DNA from: Phoronis australis
Taxonomy: Eukaryota; Animalia; Phoronida
Length of the DNA: 64,000 nucleotides
NCBI GenBank assembly: GCA_002633005.1
Contig: NMRA01000551.1
Span: 220,209 to 284,208, forward strand
Direction of reading: 5' to 3'
The notes beneath the pieces are model-generated. The model had not been told where the DNA came from. It saw only the letters and a list, made by a program, of their open reading frames with translations, and ran no database searches. Made by a program: the position numbers and the translations under genes. Below are positions 1 through 11,430 of this stretch, one piece after another; the first letter of the stretch is position 1, and each line of letters starts with the position of its first letter.

Positions 1-800
1 CGCTCACTCACTCTCACACGCAGACGAACTTCAAAACAAACGTCACGTGACAACAACATGAGTGTTCATCCAGAGATTTTTCTCGTGTTGTGGGGTACAA
101 TGTAGCGCAGATTTGGACTTAATCGCAATTAATCTGGACTCCACATTAACTTAAATTGTAAAACATAAGGAGGATCTCAGATAATTTGTTGGATCCTCCG
201 GTAATTTGTTGAGTCGAAACTGTATTTTTATTTAAGAATTCAAATTTTCCTATCGACGATCGCGATTCAGCAACGTATCAGTCAGCAAGTTTCTTCCCTG
301 GGATTTCAGCAATTTCTTGAAAAATGATAGTAAATCAACAACGTAGTTTGATAGCAATGCACCACAGTTTTGTAGAAAGACTGTCATAGACTACAAGTAC
401 GGCGTCACAGAGCGTAAATTTGATAAATCCTAGCTTCCGATTTTACCCATTTCGGAAACCGGGTTTCAACTGCCTTAGGCTACAATAAGCGTCCCCTCCC
501 CGTGAAATAAATTTTTCTAAGCGCCTGGTATACAGCTTGCCACCAAGGCTAGGTGATGCCACGGCATATTCTTTGTTGCTTGTACGGATTGTTGCCAATT
601 TTTTCTTGTTTCCGTAGCATAAGGATGGCGGAAATGAAAACGTTGCAAATTTGAATTTTAATGTTTGCATAATCCAAAAATCAGAGGTCGGTAAACCAAG
701 TTTTTTAAAACACTTTCGGCGAAAGACTAGCAGAAGATGTCCACTCTTTCAAAATTGCCATGATTTGGTATTAACGGCATTTCACTCAGGGTGCACACTT
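1..800. mobile_element. Non-autonomous DNA transposon copy A (possibly Kolobok-like), truncated by the window start
   Basis: 1-516 aligns with 2451-2949 at roughly 85% identity by eye. A putative right end GGGTGCACACTTTT (~788-801) loosely mirrors the left end AAAGGAGCATGCCACCC of copy B. Confidence 0.55.
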
Positions 801-949
801 TTGTTTCAGAAATGGCATTTTATGAAGTTTTCATTTCAGCTTTGAGACTTTGGTTGTTGGAATCAACATGGTATGTGGAATATCAGGTTAAATTTTTGTG
901 AAGTATCCTCATTTAGTTTTTGAGATTTGGCCTGTTGAAATAACAAAGA

Positions 950-1810
950 AAAGTGTAGGCTACGGAGAATACACCATTGGTATTATCACAAAAATTTTGG
1001 AAAAAAGACTTAATCTGGCTCAGGAACAAGAAAGTTTATTATTGGTAACTCATGTACTTAACTTAATCACTGAACACCCATATAACAAATAGGTTCACAC
1101 CTGTGTATGCTTCACAAGGTGTGAGTATACAAATAAACATAGCGATTGTACTTAATCTTTAGACATACTAAGCACTTAACTATCATCAGAGTCACATCAC
1201 TGTCAAAAGGAATGCCTAATTCCATTAACTACCATCAAAGAAATCAGGAAAATATCATTTCATTATCAGTAAACATTGTACACATAATTCTCGCATAGCA
1301 CAGGGGTCATGGATGGGGCTACAGAGAATACAAAATATGTATATACCTGTTTATAAGTGGATGAATACTCGAGCAAATACAACAGAATTCATTTACTTGT
1401 TAATACCAACACTTCTGAATGACCAAAGAACATTCAGGTTTTATTAATAATGAGTTTAAACTGAAATAATTTTACCTAAACTTGCCTCAAATCCCACCTG
1501 TAAATAAAAAATTGTATTATTTCTTTTGTTGGAGAGTTTATTTGTCTCCATTTCCTCACTAAATGCACCTAGATACAAGTTTTTTCAAACCATGTACTAA
1601 AAATTCAAAGCTGGGGGCTAAGGAGACTACAGGGGCTATGGAGAATATAAAATACATTTTTGCTTATGATCAATTCAAATCCAGGAATTGGTCTAATATT
1701 TTTTGTGGGCCAAAGATAGCTTCTAGATTCCCAATGTGCAGTACCAAAAATCTTTTATCAATGGAAGAATTTAATGGAATTCAGACAGGGCTACGGAGAA
1801 TACACATTTT
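950..1810. repeat. Dispersed short motif GGCTACGGAGAATACA (about 5 degenerate copies), likely subterminal repeats of another non-autonomous transposon
   Basis: Copies at ~958, ~1317, ~1616, ~1634 and ~1789, all in the same orientation. Confidence 0.5.
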
Positions 1811-2143
1811 TTTAGGTGACGGTGATATTATTTGGTTGAGGAATCCAATCACGAGGACATCTGGTACAAATATGTGGTTTCTAAATCAAATTCTATATAC
1901 CATCAACCATTAAAAAACACAGGTCAAAACACTAGCAATGCTTTTCTTTTTCAGCCATGGCTGTAAGAGAGAGAGCACATGCAAATTTAGTGTTTTTGCA
2001 TAACATTAATATCATTTTGCAAATGTGCCTGAAAATTGTGTTTGACATTTCAGATGAAGAAAAACAAGAAATACATGTTAAGATCATTAAAAAATATTAA
2101 ATTTTAATTAAATGTGTGATTTAATTAAATGCCATGTGTATAT

Positions 2144-2949
2144 AAAGGAGCATGCCACCCAAAAAACAACCTAATTTGTATCCATTTAGATCGACTAGTT
2201 CTACTCGATAACGACACGTACGGTTGCGTTACCTGACACCTGACGGCAGACGGAGGTATTGAAATTATCCAATGACGTCATCGGTCTCACACGCAGTTTG
2301 TTCAGCAGTTCACAACACGGGTTACTGGTGTCAGCTTATCGCTTGAAGTCATCGTTTAACAACAATAAAACATCAAACTTCGATGTAAAACCCTTAAAAA
2401 TACACCGAGTTCTTACTAAAAAGTCTGCCGTCGATGACCCGCACACGCACGCTCACTCACTCACTCTCATACGCAGACGAACTTCAAAACAAACGTCACG
2501 TGACAACAACATGTGTGTTCATCCAGAGATTTTTCTCGTGTTCTGGGGTACGATGTAGCGCAGATTTGGACTTAATCGCAATTAATCTGGACTCCACATG
2601 AACTTTAAAAATTGCAAAACATAAGGAAGATTTCACGTAATTTGTTGAGTCGAAACTATATTTTTATTCAAGAGTTCAAGTTTTCCTATTGACGATCGCG
2701 ATTCAGCGACGCATCAGTCGGCAAGTTTTCGCCCTGTGATGAGCCCAATTTTTTGAAAAATTATCGTAATTTAACAACGGAAGTTAATAGCAATGCACCA
2801 CAATTTTGTAGAAAGACGGTCATAGGCTACAAATACGTCACAGAGCGTAAATTTGATGAATCCTAGCTTCCGATTTTACCCGTTTGGGAAACCGGGTTTC
2901 AACTGCCATAGGCTACAATAAGAATCCCCTCCCCGTGAAATGGATTTTT
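2144..2949. mobile_element. Non-autonomous DNA transposon copy B (same family as 1-800), running into an assembly gap
   Basis: Direct homology to 1-516. Begins near AAAGGAGCATGCCACCC. Confidence 0.55.
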
Positions 2950-3625
2950 NNNNNNNNNNNNNNNNNNNNNNNNNNNNNNNNNNNNNNNNNNNNNNNNNNN
3001 NNNNNNNNNNNNNNNNNNNNNNNNNNNNNNNNNNNNNNNNNNNNNNNNNNNNNNNNNNNNNNNNNNNNNNNNNNNNNNNNNNNNNNNNNNNNNNNNNNNN
3101 NNNNNNNNNNNNNNNNNNNNNNNNNNNNNNNNNNNNNNNNNNNNNNNNNNNNNNNNNNNNNNNNNNNNNNNNNNNNNNNNNNNNNNNNNNNNNNNNNNNN
3201 NNNNNNNNNNNNNNNNNNNNNNNNNNNNNNNNNNNNNNNNNNNNNNNNNNNNNNNNNNNNNNNNNNNNNNNNNNNNNNNNNNNNNNNNNNNNNNNNNNNN
3301 NNNNNNNNNNNNNNNNNNNNNNNNNNNNNNNNNNNNNNNNNNNNNNNNNNNNNNNNNNNNNNNNNNNNNNNNNNNNNNNNNNNNNNNNNNNNNNNNNNNN
3401 NNNNNNNNNNNNNNNNNNNNNNNNNNNNNNNNNNNNNNNNNNNNNNNNNNNNNNNNNNNNNNNNNNNNNNNNNNNNNNNNNNNNNNNNNNNNNNNNNNNN
3501 NNNNNNNNNNNNNNNNNNNNNNNNNNNNNNNNNNNNNNNNNNNNNNNNNNNNNNNNNNNNNNNNNNNNNNNNNNNNNNNNNNNNNNNNNNNNNNNNNNNN
3601 NNNNNNNNNNNNNNNNNNNNNNNNN
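2950..3625. other. Assembly gap (N run). Other gaps: 7537-7839, 9175-9370, 20112-20767, single N at 27586
   Basis: Runs of n. The X-filled ORFs in the ORF track come from these gaps. Confidence 0.99.
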
Positions 3626-3867
3626 GTAAAGCTTAATAATTTGCCAAGTGTATCAAAGAAATGGCATAAGAATATTTATTGAAACTAAAAAATGAATAAC
3701 AGTTACAGAACACTCAAAATTCCACGTTATAGACATACTCTTGTAGTTGTAGCGACAGCAGACGATAATGTAGGCCTAGTTCTTGGGGTGGTCTATTCCA
3801 ATAGGAAGCGATGAATCAGCGCGGCTTTGCGTGATTTTGCATTTCACATCATAAAGAGTTCCATAGC

Positions 3868-4024
3868 AACTCGAGTATGAGTGTCAGATTTGAGTACGTT
3901 TGGAGTCTACTCGAAATCCGACATTAGATACGCTTTTTTGAGTACGACTCCAGTGAGCACGATTTTGAGTATGAAATCTCGAGTATGAGTATGAGTCTGA
4001 GTACGGAGATTGGAGACCGGGCCC
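3868..4024. repeat. GAGTA(C/T)-rich repeat ending in TTGGAGACCGGGCCC, probable MITE end
   Basis: Many TGAGTAC/TGAGTAT units followed by a GC-rich terminus typical of PIF/Harbinger-type MITE ends. Confidence 0.4.
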
Positions 4025-4133
4025 AGGTGATGCTACATTATTCTTTGTTGCATGAGTGGGATTCGAGGATTCACAAGGGCGTGTGCCGTGGTACGCAAGA
4101 CTGCAAAGACCCTATTGTAGCCCGAACAATTCA

Positions 4134-4234
4134 CATGGGCGGCGCACCATAGCCTATGGCATAGGGGGGGTTGGGGCTGAGGGGGCTTTTCCTTTGCCCC
4201 CCTCACTTTTTTTTTCAGTGTTGCGCCGCCCATG
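4134..4234. mobile_element. 101-bp MITE with 13-bp perfect TIRs and a 5-bp TSD
   Basis: CATGGGCGGCGCA ... TGCGCCGCCCATG, flanked by ATTCA at 4129-4133 and 4235-4239. Confidence 0.8.
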
Positions 4235-5920
4235 ATTCACCCCAGAAATAGGCCCAGAATAAATCTCGTAATAAGTTGAGGCCAATAACTCGTACCTGTT
4301 TCATGGCGACTCTGCAGATATATCGGATTGTCCAGATTTCACTTATGTCAACGATGACACCATAGATTATAGACAACAGAAAGTCAGAATGTACCGTTAA
4401 TCTAGTTTACGACAACACACTGAAAACAACCGTCTGCACGTGAAGAGAAAAGTTTTCGCTGCGACCCCTTTCGGAATAAAATCCATACGCCACCTAGCGT
4501 CGATAGAGACAAGCAAGCCCGCAAGCCATTGGGTTAAAAAGGGTCAAGAAATTTATGTTTAGCTAGTGATCTGCGAGTGCCCCTCCTAACACATGGTCTT
4601 ATATACAGACATACGCATATTACTAGCTAGTTTATTTTATATCTGTGGTCCCCAATAATTTGTAGGCGTCCTTATTATATACCGGTATATAATAATCGTG
4701 TCGAAATCAGTAACTATAAAAATGAACGCTCATGAACAAAAATGAAATGCGATATTTAAGAACAAAACTGATGACAATAACAAATGATACTTAAAAAGCA
4801 TTGATAACAGCAAAGCTTTTAATGATGTTTTTGTTTCCTACTACATAAACATGTATCACCAAGGCAATTTCTTGTCCTAGCGTAAACACAGCTAAAGCTA
4901 ATTCCTGCAATAGCTGGTATCCATGCGAAGGTGGAGACGCCAAAAAGATATCTTTGAAGGGGGAACTTTTAACTGTCGACAAGTGAACACACAGGTGTCG
5001 ACCAAGGGCGCCAGGCCAACTGTTAACCAGAGGGGGTGCGGGTTACACAGCTACTGACAAGGGGTGAGGAGCCTTAGGCGCCGAGGTGTCGACTGGCGGA
5101 GGCGAACGGTTTGTCCCTTACGTCAGTCCGCTTCCGAATTGCACATCTTCGACTGATCACCTCACGGGTTAGCTCTAAAACCGTACGGTGGTAACCATCA
5201 TAGGCGCCGGCCGACTGGGGGAGTCGAGAAAGGAAAGACACGGAAACAAAGAGAAGAGAGAAAATTCAAGAGAACGCTTGTCAACTCAGTGTTTGATTTA
5301 TCCTGAGACGGCCGCTGCCAGAGAACATTGTTTCGTTAGGCCGGCCCCATTTTTGCAACATAGATCGTCTAAACTCACTTGAAAACGTGCACATAATCAT
5401 GATACATGTATTTTGAAAAACTCGAGAAAATTTGTAAAGCACAGCTTTTGCAGATCATATTAATTCTCAAGATTTTTAAATTCAGGAAGACCATTTTGGG
5501 CAATGCAAAACTTAATACTTCTCCAGGTACCCTCTCTGGAGAGGGATACTGGAATCATTTGTAGCTCAACGTTTTCGTTTTCTTTTGACTCGAAATTGTA
5601 TATCGTGATAAACTTGAGAACCTGAAAGATTGCATCAATTGCTGATCATTTCCTTTTTTGTTTTTTGTTTTTTTGGGGGGGGGGGTTAAGTATAGATCCT
5701 TTCATATTTAGGGACAGCAAACAACCAAAATTTCTCGCGACCATGAGAATTGTGAATTGAAACTCTGCGAACTAGGGCAGGTCATTGCCAACGGAGAGGC
5801 GATTCTGCGAGTACTGCTAGCTAGGTTGTAAGGGAGCGCTTGCTTGTGAAGCCTGGCCGAGAGGTGAAGTACACTGCTTAGACCGGCCAGTTGATGTCTG
5901 ATGCCGGTACTAATGAAAGG

Positions 5921-5967
5921 GACGTCATTCGGTGACGTCGTGAGTCAGCACGTGCTGATTGCTCACT
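5921..5967. promoter_or_regulatory. Dense bZIP/bHLH motif cluster (two CRE-like TGACGTC, ARE/MARE GTGAGTCAGCA, E-box CACGTG)
   Basis: GACGTCAT at 5921, GTGACGTC at 5932, TGAGTCAGCA at 5941, perfect palindrome TCAGCACGTGCTGA at 5945-5958. Confidence 0.4.
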
Positions 5968-7307
5968 GAAAGCTGCATTTCGTCCTGCTTGACCAAAACA
6001 CGGGAGTCAGTTGTTATGATTGACCCAACCATTTCACTCATTTTAGCACCTAATACAATACTTGAAAGTTTCCAAGATACCTTCTAGAAACAATAGCTCA
6101 AGCAAAATTACCCCCCCCCCCCCCCCCCACCCCGAAACAACAAGTACGAAGACCAAAATATCAAGCTGAGTTAAGTGGTAACACATTTCCCCCCCCCCCA
6201 CCGGGGGCCCCCGGTGTGATGAAGCGAACTTTCTAGTAATTTACACCACTTGTCGATATAAAATTGGTCTCACATTGGGTTTTATTCATTAGGAATGACT
6301 TCTGAGTTTGCAACGGAGCTGTCCTTAAGACCATGCTCGAAGCGCAGAACATTCACGCGGTGGACATGTCGGCCAACTTGTAAAGATTGATCTCAACTGG
6401 AAGCAGGGTCAAGTGCCAAATCAACAATTTTGGCTGTTTTCCGAAATCCACTTGCAGAATCACTAATGAACTGTCATTAGAAGAAGCGATCCTTTGTCCA
6501 CAGAATGTTCTCTGTTTCTTTGTTTTATGACATACGTTAATCACAGGGCGTAGTTATGGATTGAAAATGTTGACTCCAACGCACGCTATCGGAAATTCTC
6601 ACACGCGCACCCTGGTATACCGTTCATGCATTGATGGCTCTGAAGTCAAATGCAACCTTCTTTAGCCTGTCGCGCTTCAGCAGTGGTCTCGAGCGAGTCC
6701 CAGCCCGTACCAGCTAGTCTTACTAGTTGCAGATCTACCGACCTATACCTGCGAGCGGAAAGGACTAGACTATCTCGGATTAGCAGTGATGTCAGTTGAT
6801 TCACAATTATAGCCCTTCAAATTCCCCACACATTCAGACTTTTGAAAATTTTGTAACCGATGCCATTCTAGTGCCCTTCTCTGGTTTTCTGTGAAGTAGA
6901 TTAACCTTGATTTCGTCACTGACTCAGTCAGCGACTGACCAAACTTTCTCAAGAAGCTTTCTGCAGACGTAGCTATCCATTTGTTGATTATCTCCCTCCC
7001 CCTCCACGGTGATTGCACCGCAGATTCTTCAGTAAGTTGCAATCCGCAACTGAGTTTGAATTTTTTATTAATTTATTTTAAGTTATTAAGTGTCAAGTGT
7101 TGAAGCGCTAAACCCGTGCTTTCTGCCAAAAACAGCTTTAGTGATTTATGTCAACAACTGTTATAAAAATGGTTCCATCTTATTCCTTACCAAGTTTAGA
7201 AACTATCTCTGGCCTCGGAAAAATCGAAAGCTCGTTGCTGCTTCAGAATATGTGAAATAAGTTTCAGGTCACGGCGTGAACGTTTCAGTTCTGAAATCTA
7301 AAGTTCA

Positions 7308-7536
7308 CATACGCGCACCCAGCCTTCAATATGGCGGCTCGAATTCCTGGCAATGTGGACCTTTTACTAATAAAATAGTCGATCGACTAAAAAAAGTAAC
7401 CGCGGAGCTGTACGTGCTGTGAATTGTGCGTTTGCACCTTTTTATTGGACTTTTATCTCGTTTTCACGGACTTTTTGTTTCTCTGAGGCGAACATTTTTC
7501 CCCACTTCGCCAAATGGGGGGGGGCTTGTTCGAGCC
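7308..7536 (+). mobile_element. ~230-bp MITE, copy 1 (family with CATGCGCGCACCC-like TIR)
   Basis: Reverse-complement homology to 11060-11287. The ORF track also shows the shared FSRTFCFSEA. Ends in a gap. Confidence 0.7.
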
Positions 7537-7839
7537 NNNNNNNNNNNNNNNNNNNNNNNNNNNNNNNNNNNNNNNNNNNNNNNNNNNNNNNNNNNNNNNN
7601 NNNNNNNNNNNNNNNNNNNNNNNNNNNNNNNNNNNNNNNNNNNNNNNNNNNNNNNNNNNNNNNNNNNNNNNNNNNNNNNNNNNNNNNNNNNNNNNNNNNN
7701 NNNNNNNNNNNNNNNNNNNNNNNNNNNNNNNNNNNNNNNNNNNNNNNNNNNNNNNNNNNNNNNNNNNNNNNNNNNNNNNNNNNNNNNNNNNNNNNNNNNN
7801 NNNNNNNNNNNNNNNNNNNNNNNNNNNNNNNNNNNNNNN

Positions 7840-8075
7840 AACTCTGGCCTGGTCCGTCACGAGACCAAAAGTACACCTGTGGTTGTTATCCCTATAAAAT
7901 AGTCGATCTGTCGCGGGACCAAACAGTACTGGCTGAGATAAATAGTTTTACAAAGCACACTTTGGTAAAAAACATCACAAGTCTAGTTCGCCGAGGGACC
8001 AGAAGTACACTGGAACTCGATATCTACACAAATCAAACTGGCCTGGTCCGTCGCGAGACCTAAAACGTACTTTGC
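7840..8075. repeat. Four degenerate ~30-bp repeats (TGGCCTGGTCCGTCGCGAGACCAAAAGTAC-like) with variable spacers
   Basis: Copies at ~7845, ~7899, ~7979 and ~8038. Probably subterminal repeats of the adjacent hAT remnant. Confidence 0.5.
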
Positions 8076-8440
8076 AAAAAATTTTGAATTGAAAACTTCT
8101 CTTCAGACACTTTTTAATCCCCAGTGGATGGTCATAAGTGTAGTTCATACATCTGGTGGTCAACTGCTGCGAGAGGTTGTCGCACCGTTCTGTAGTACTC
8201 ACTGGAAGAAACAAGTATCGAGTACAGATTTAACTATGCACTACGTGAAATAAGATTTTGGATATGAAGAAGATAGACTCAAGTGGAAATACAAGCCAGA
8301 ATCAGTTTCTGTGCTCTCGTAGACCCTCTGCTGTACTGGGTAAATTTGGCATGACCAAAAATAATTTCTATTTCGTTTTCATTGTACACAAGCATAAAAA
8401 ACCGACATTATTACAAACTGTGTATAATTATAACTTATTA

Positions 8441-9438
8441 CCTGGGTGTTTCTCCGGGAACGTTGGTCCTATCTTTCTGTTGTCTATACTGCCGAGGAAT
8501 CTGTACATCGGATCCAATGTTTTTGCTGCTCTTGGAACCATTCTACCCAGACATCTTTGACGTTTGTTCCCAAAGCTTGCACTTCGTCAACTGCTATGTC
8601 AATGAGCTTGTACGCCTCTACATTGTCAACATCTCGTTTCGCAGCTCAGTTGGCACTAAGCCCCCTGAGATAAGCAAGTCCATTCAAAAGACTTAACTAA
8701 ATTCGATCCGTTCATCATGGACTACTTCAAACCTTGACGATGTATCCCAGGACCCATTTGCATCTCTTGCAATTTTCGAAATAAACGTCCCAATGTCTGA
8801 ACGCTTGAAACCTGAAGTACTAACATCAAATAAATGCCGATGGGCATGGGCGTTTCTTCGGGTGCGCCTTTCTGTGGAAATTCCCAGTATAGAAAACAGA
8901 AGTGGTGCTTATTGCAGGTAGAAAGACGGTAGGTATTGAGGTCGGCACTAGGGCTCCTAAGGAGGCCTGTTGAACATCGCACGACTCCCGCAAGACTTTG
9001 TTGTGAAAATACAGCCTCCCCGCAATTTCTGGTACTGCACACTGTTCGCGAATGCGGTCACTTTGTCAATGTGAGTGCCCCCTTGGTCATTCCTTGTATA
9101 GACATAACTTGTTAGAGTGCATCTTCAAACAGACTCGCGACCAGACCACGGCGCAGGCCACAATAGCAATTCTTNNNNNNNNNNNNNNNNNNNNNNNNNN
9201 NNNNNNNNNNNNNNNNNNNNNNNNNNNNNNNNNNNNNNNNNNNNNNNNNNNNNNNNNNNNNNNNNNNNNNNNNNNNNNNNNNNNNNNNNNNNNNNNNNNN
9301 NNNNNNNNNNNNNNNNNNNNNNNNNNNNNNNNNNNNNNNNNNNNNNNNNNNNNNNNNNNNNNNNNNNNNNTAATTTTTGGGTCCTGGCCCGAGGGAGGGG
9401 GTTTAAACCACCTGAACCCCCCCATAGATCCGCCACTG
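8441..9438 (-). mobile_element. Decayed, internally deleted THAP-domain hAT transposon (THAP12/P52rIPK-like)
   Basis: Minus-strand frameshifted segments: LVPTSIPTVF...RKAHPKKR (THAP AVPTIF-box-like, 8922-8951), KIARDANGSWDTSSRFE, GLSAN*AAKRDVDNVEAYKLIDIAVDEVQALGTNVKDVWVEWF and IPRQYRQQKDRTNVPGETP, all resembling this transposase family. A candidate TIR CAGTGGCGGATC starts at 9438 on the - strand. Confidence 0.6.
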
Positions 9439-9537
9439 GTAATGAAACCACAATGCTTGAATTGTTGACAACTTGAACAGTCTTGAAAACGACGTTAAGC
9501 GCGCCAAACATTGTCCCTTCCTGGTAAAGTCTTCCAG

Positions 9538-9770
9538 GGCCCCGTCCCAAGAAAACTGACTGAGCTAAGACAGATCTTAATGTTCAGTCAATTTTACGAT
9601 AAGACTTAAATTTGTCTCGAAGATCGTTTCAAAAGGAGATCTTAAGCTCGATTTAAGTTTTGTCCTAATTTTGATTATCTTATCAGTTGTAGAAGTTTCA
9701 AAGTTCGGAATTTGAAACAAATCTTTGACTTAAGTAAAAAATAAACTTTAGTCAGTTTCTTGCAACGCCT
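9538..9770. mobile_element. MITE with imperfect TIRs and internal CTTAA/TTAAG repeats
   Basis: GTCCCAAGAAAACTGACT ... AGTCAGTTTCTTGCAAC. Confidence 0.5.
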
Positions 9771-10861
9771 CCTTTTCTCAACCAAGTCAATTCTTTCGAA
9801 GTCCTGATATTATCTCCAATTTGACTAAGGAACAATTTGGTAATGTCTTCCCGATGATCGGGGCCTACCATTTAACTTTAAAGTGGTCCTTAACGGAGAG
9901 AGGCTCTGATGACTGCGGATAACATCATTGACCTCTCATTTTCAGTTTTCGAAATTTCTGAGATCATTCAAGACATTCCTGGCACTCCTTTCCAGTTACC
10001 GATTTAGTGTCCAATATTCATGACCACTCTTTTCCATTTTTCTCTTTTTTATTGATATCCTTTTCTCTTTTTTATTGATATCCTTTTACCTAAAGGGGTC
10101 GCCTTCGCGGCGGGCGACCCGATGATACACTCAATTGCTACTCTCGCGTTTCCGTAACATCACGATACATCCTTTATCTCACAGAAGGAAATGCACAGCC
10201 AAGGATAGCTGCACCTTTCCCCTCCGGCGTTAACAACTACTCACGTGGGAGCGTTGATAAATTTCAGTGTGGCCGAGAAAACCATAAAACATTTTTATGC
10301 GAAGCACAACGGCGCTAACAAATGTGGCCCAAACAACCACAAGACTTTTTATGAATTATACAAAGACATTGTTCCCGATTATTTTACAAAGACAAAAACG
10401 TCAATACTTTTGCCCAAAGAATTCCAAGAATAGCGTCGTTACTAGGAAAACATTATTTACTATAAGTTGTTTTTGGAATATTGTCTGATTATGTGTAAAT
10501 TTTATTCAGATTTCAAAATGTTTAACATATTGAAAATCATACACAGTTTTCTGCAATTTTTTTTTGGAAAGTCAAAGGGATATCTATTTTATTGCCTAAA
10601 CATGAAGCGCATTTTTGAATTATTGTTGGATAGGATAAACTCATTTGGTCAGAGCTACAAAATAACAAAATTCGATGTGTTTACGCGATTTTATTACAAA
10701 TCGCTAATTCTCGCTATTATCCGCCAGGTCGTGACGTTCGTTGAAATCCTGGCCAGCAGTGACTTTACAAGTAAGGTTGTAATCGCCCCGATTGGCTGGC
10801 TAAAAACGAAAATCGAATCATCTCTTTATCAGATAAAATCGGTATATAATAGTCCTTACCG

Positions 10862-11030
10862 TGATAGGATTCCATTTTAGTAGCCAACTCACGTCACAAG
10901 CAACTCGCACGTGCGCCATTTTCGAATTCGCTGATTTTAGGGTTGACTAACCCCAAGAAACTCTGAAGAGTTTTCTTGAGTCGCTTACGGTTTCGATGAA
11001 ATTCAAGGTATCGGAAATAGAATCCTATCA
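10862..11030. mobile_element. Small fold-back element; a related copy with inverted interior lies at ~13203-13350
   Basis: TIR TGATAGGATTC ... GAATCCTATCA. The internal AGGGTTGACTAACCCCAAGAAACTCTGAAG matches the reverse complement of ~13268-13298. Confidence 0.5.
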
Positions 11031-11059
11031 TATGGAGAGTAGTGTCAAGGTGTGCAAAG

Positions 11060-11287
11060 CATGCGAGCACCCGGGAGGGGGCTCGGGGGGCTCGAACGAG
11101 TACCAAAAGTGGGCAAAAAGGTCTGCCTCAGAGAAACAAAAAGTCCGAGAAAATGAGACAAAAGTACACTGAAAAAGCACAGACGCACAGTGAAGGTGGT
11201 ACCCCCTTCCGCTTTTTTTCCAGCAAAAAGTCCATATCGCCAGAAATTCGAGCCCCCCCCCCCCTATTAAAGGCTGGGCGCGCGCAT
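11060..11287 (-). mobile_element. ~230-bp MITE, copy 2
   Basis: TIRs CATGCGAGCACCC ... GGGCGCGCGCAT. Homologous to 7308-7536. Confidence 0.7.
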
Positions 11288-11337
11288 CCAAAGAACCAGC
11301 ACTTCATTCACTTTGTGACGTCGCGACAAGTCATCTT

Positions 11338-11430
11338 GCAGAGCCTGATCTCAAGCAACAACGAACAGTCTATTGTTTTGAAGCCCAGGCTGAGATCATA
11401 AGGTACAATTTGAGACCAATTTCATAAGGG
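11338..11430. repeat. Dispersed repeat family (core GAACAATTTGAGACCAATTTCAT); other copies at ~35157-35252 (+) and ~51373-51475 (-)
   Basis: Three homologous segments seen directly. Confidence 0.6.

Noticed and set aside
7840-8075. Repeat-spacer pattern superficially like a CRISPR array
   Set aside because: The repeats are highly degenerate, spacing is irregular, the context is eukaryotic and there are no cas genes. Transposon subterminal repeats explain it better.
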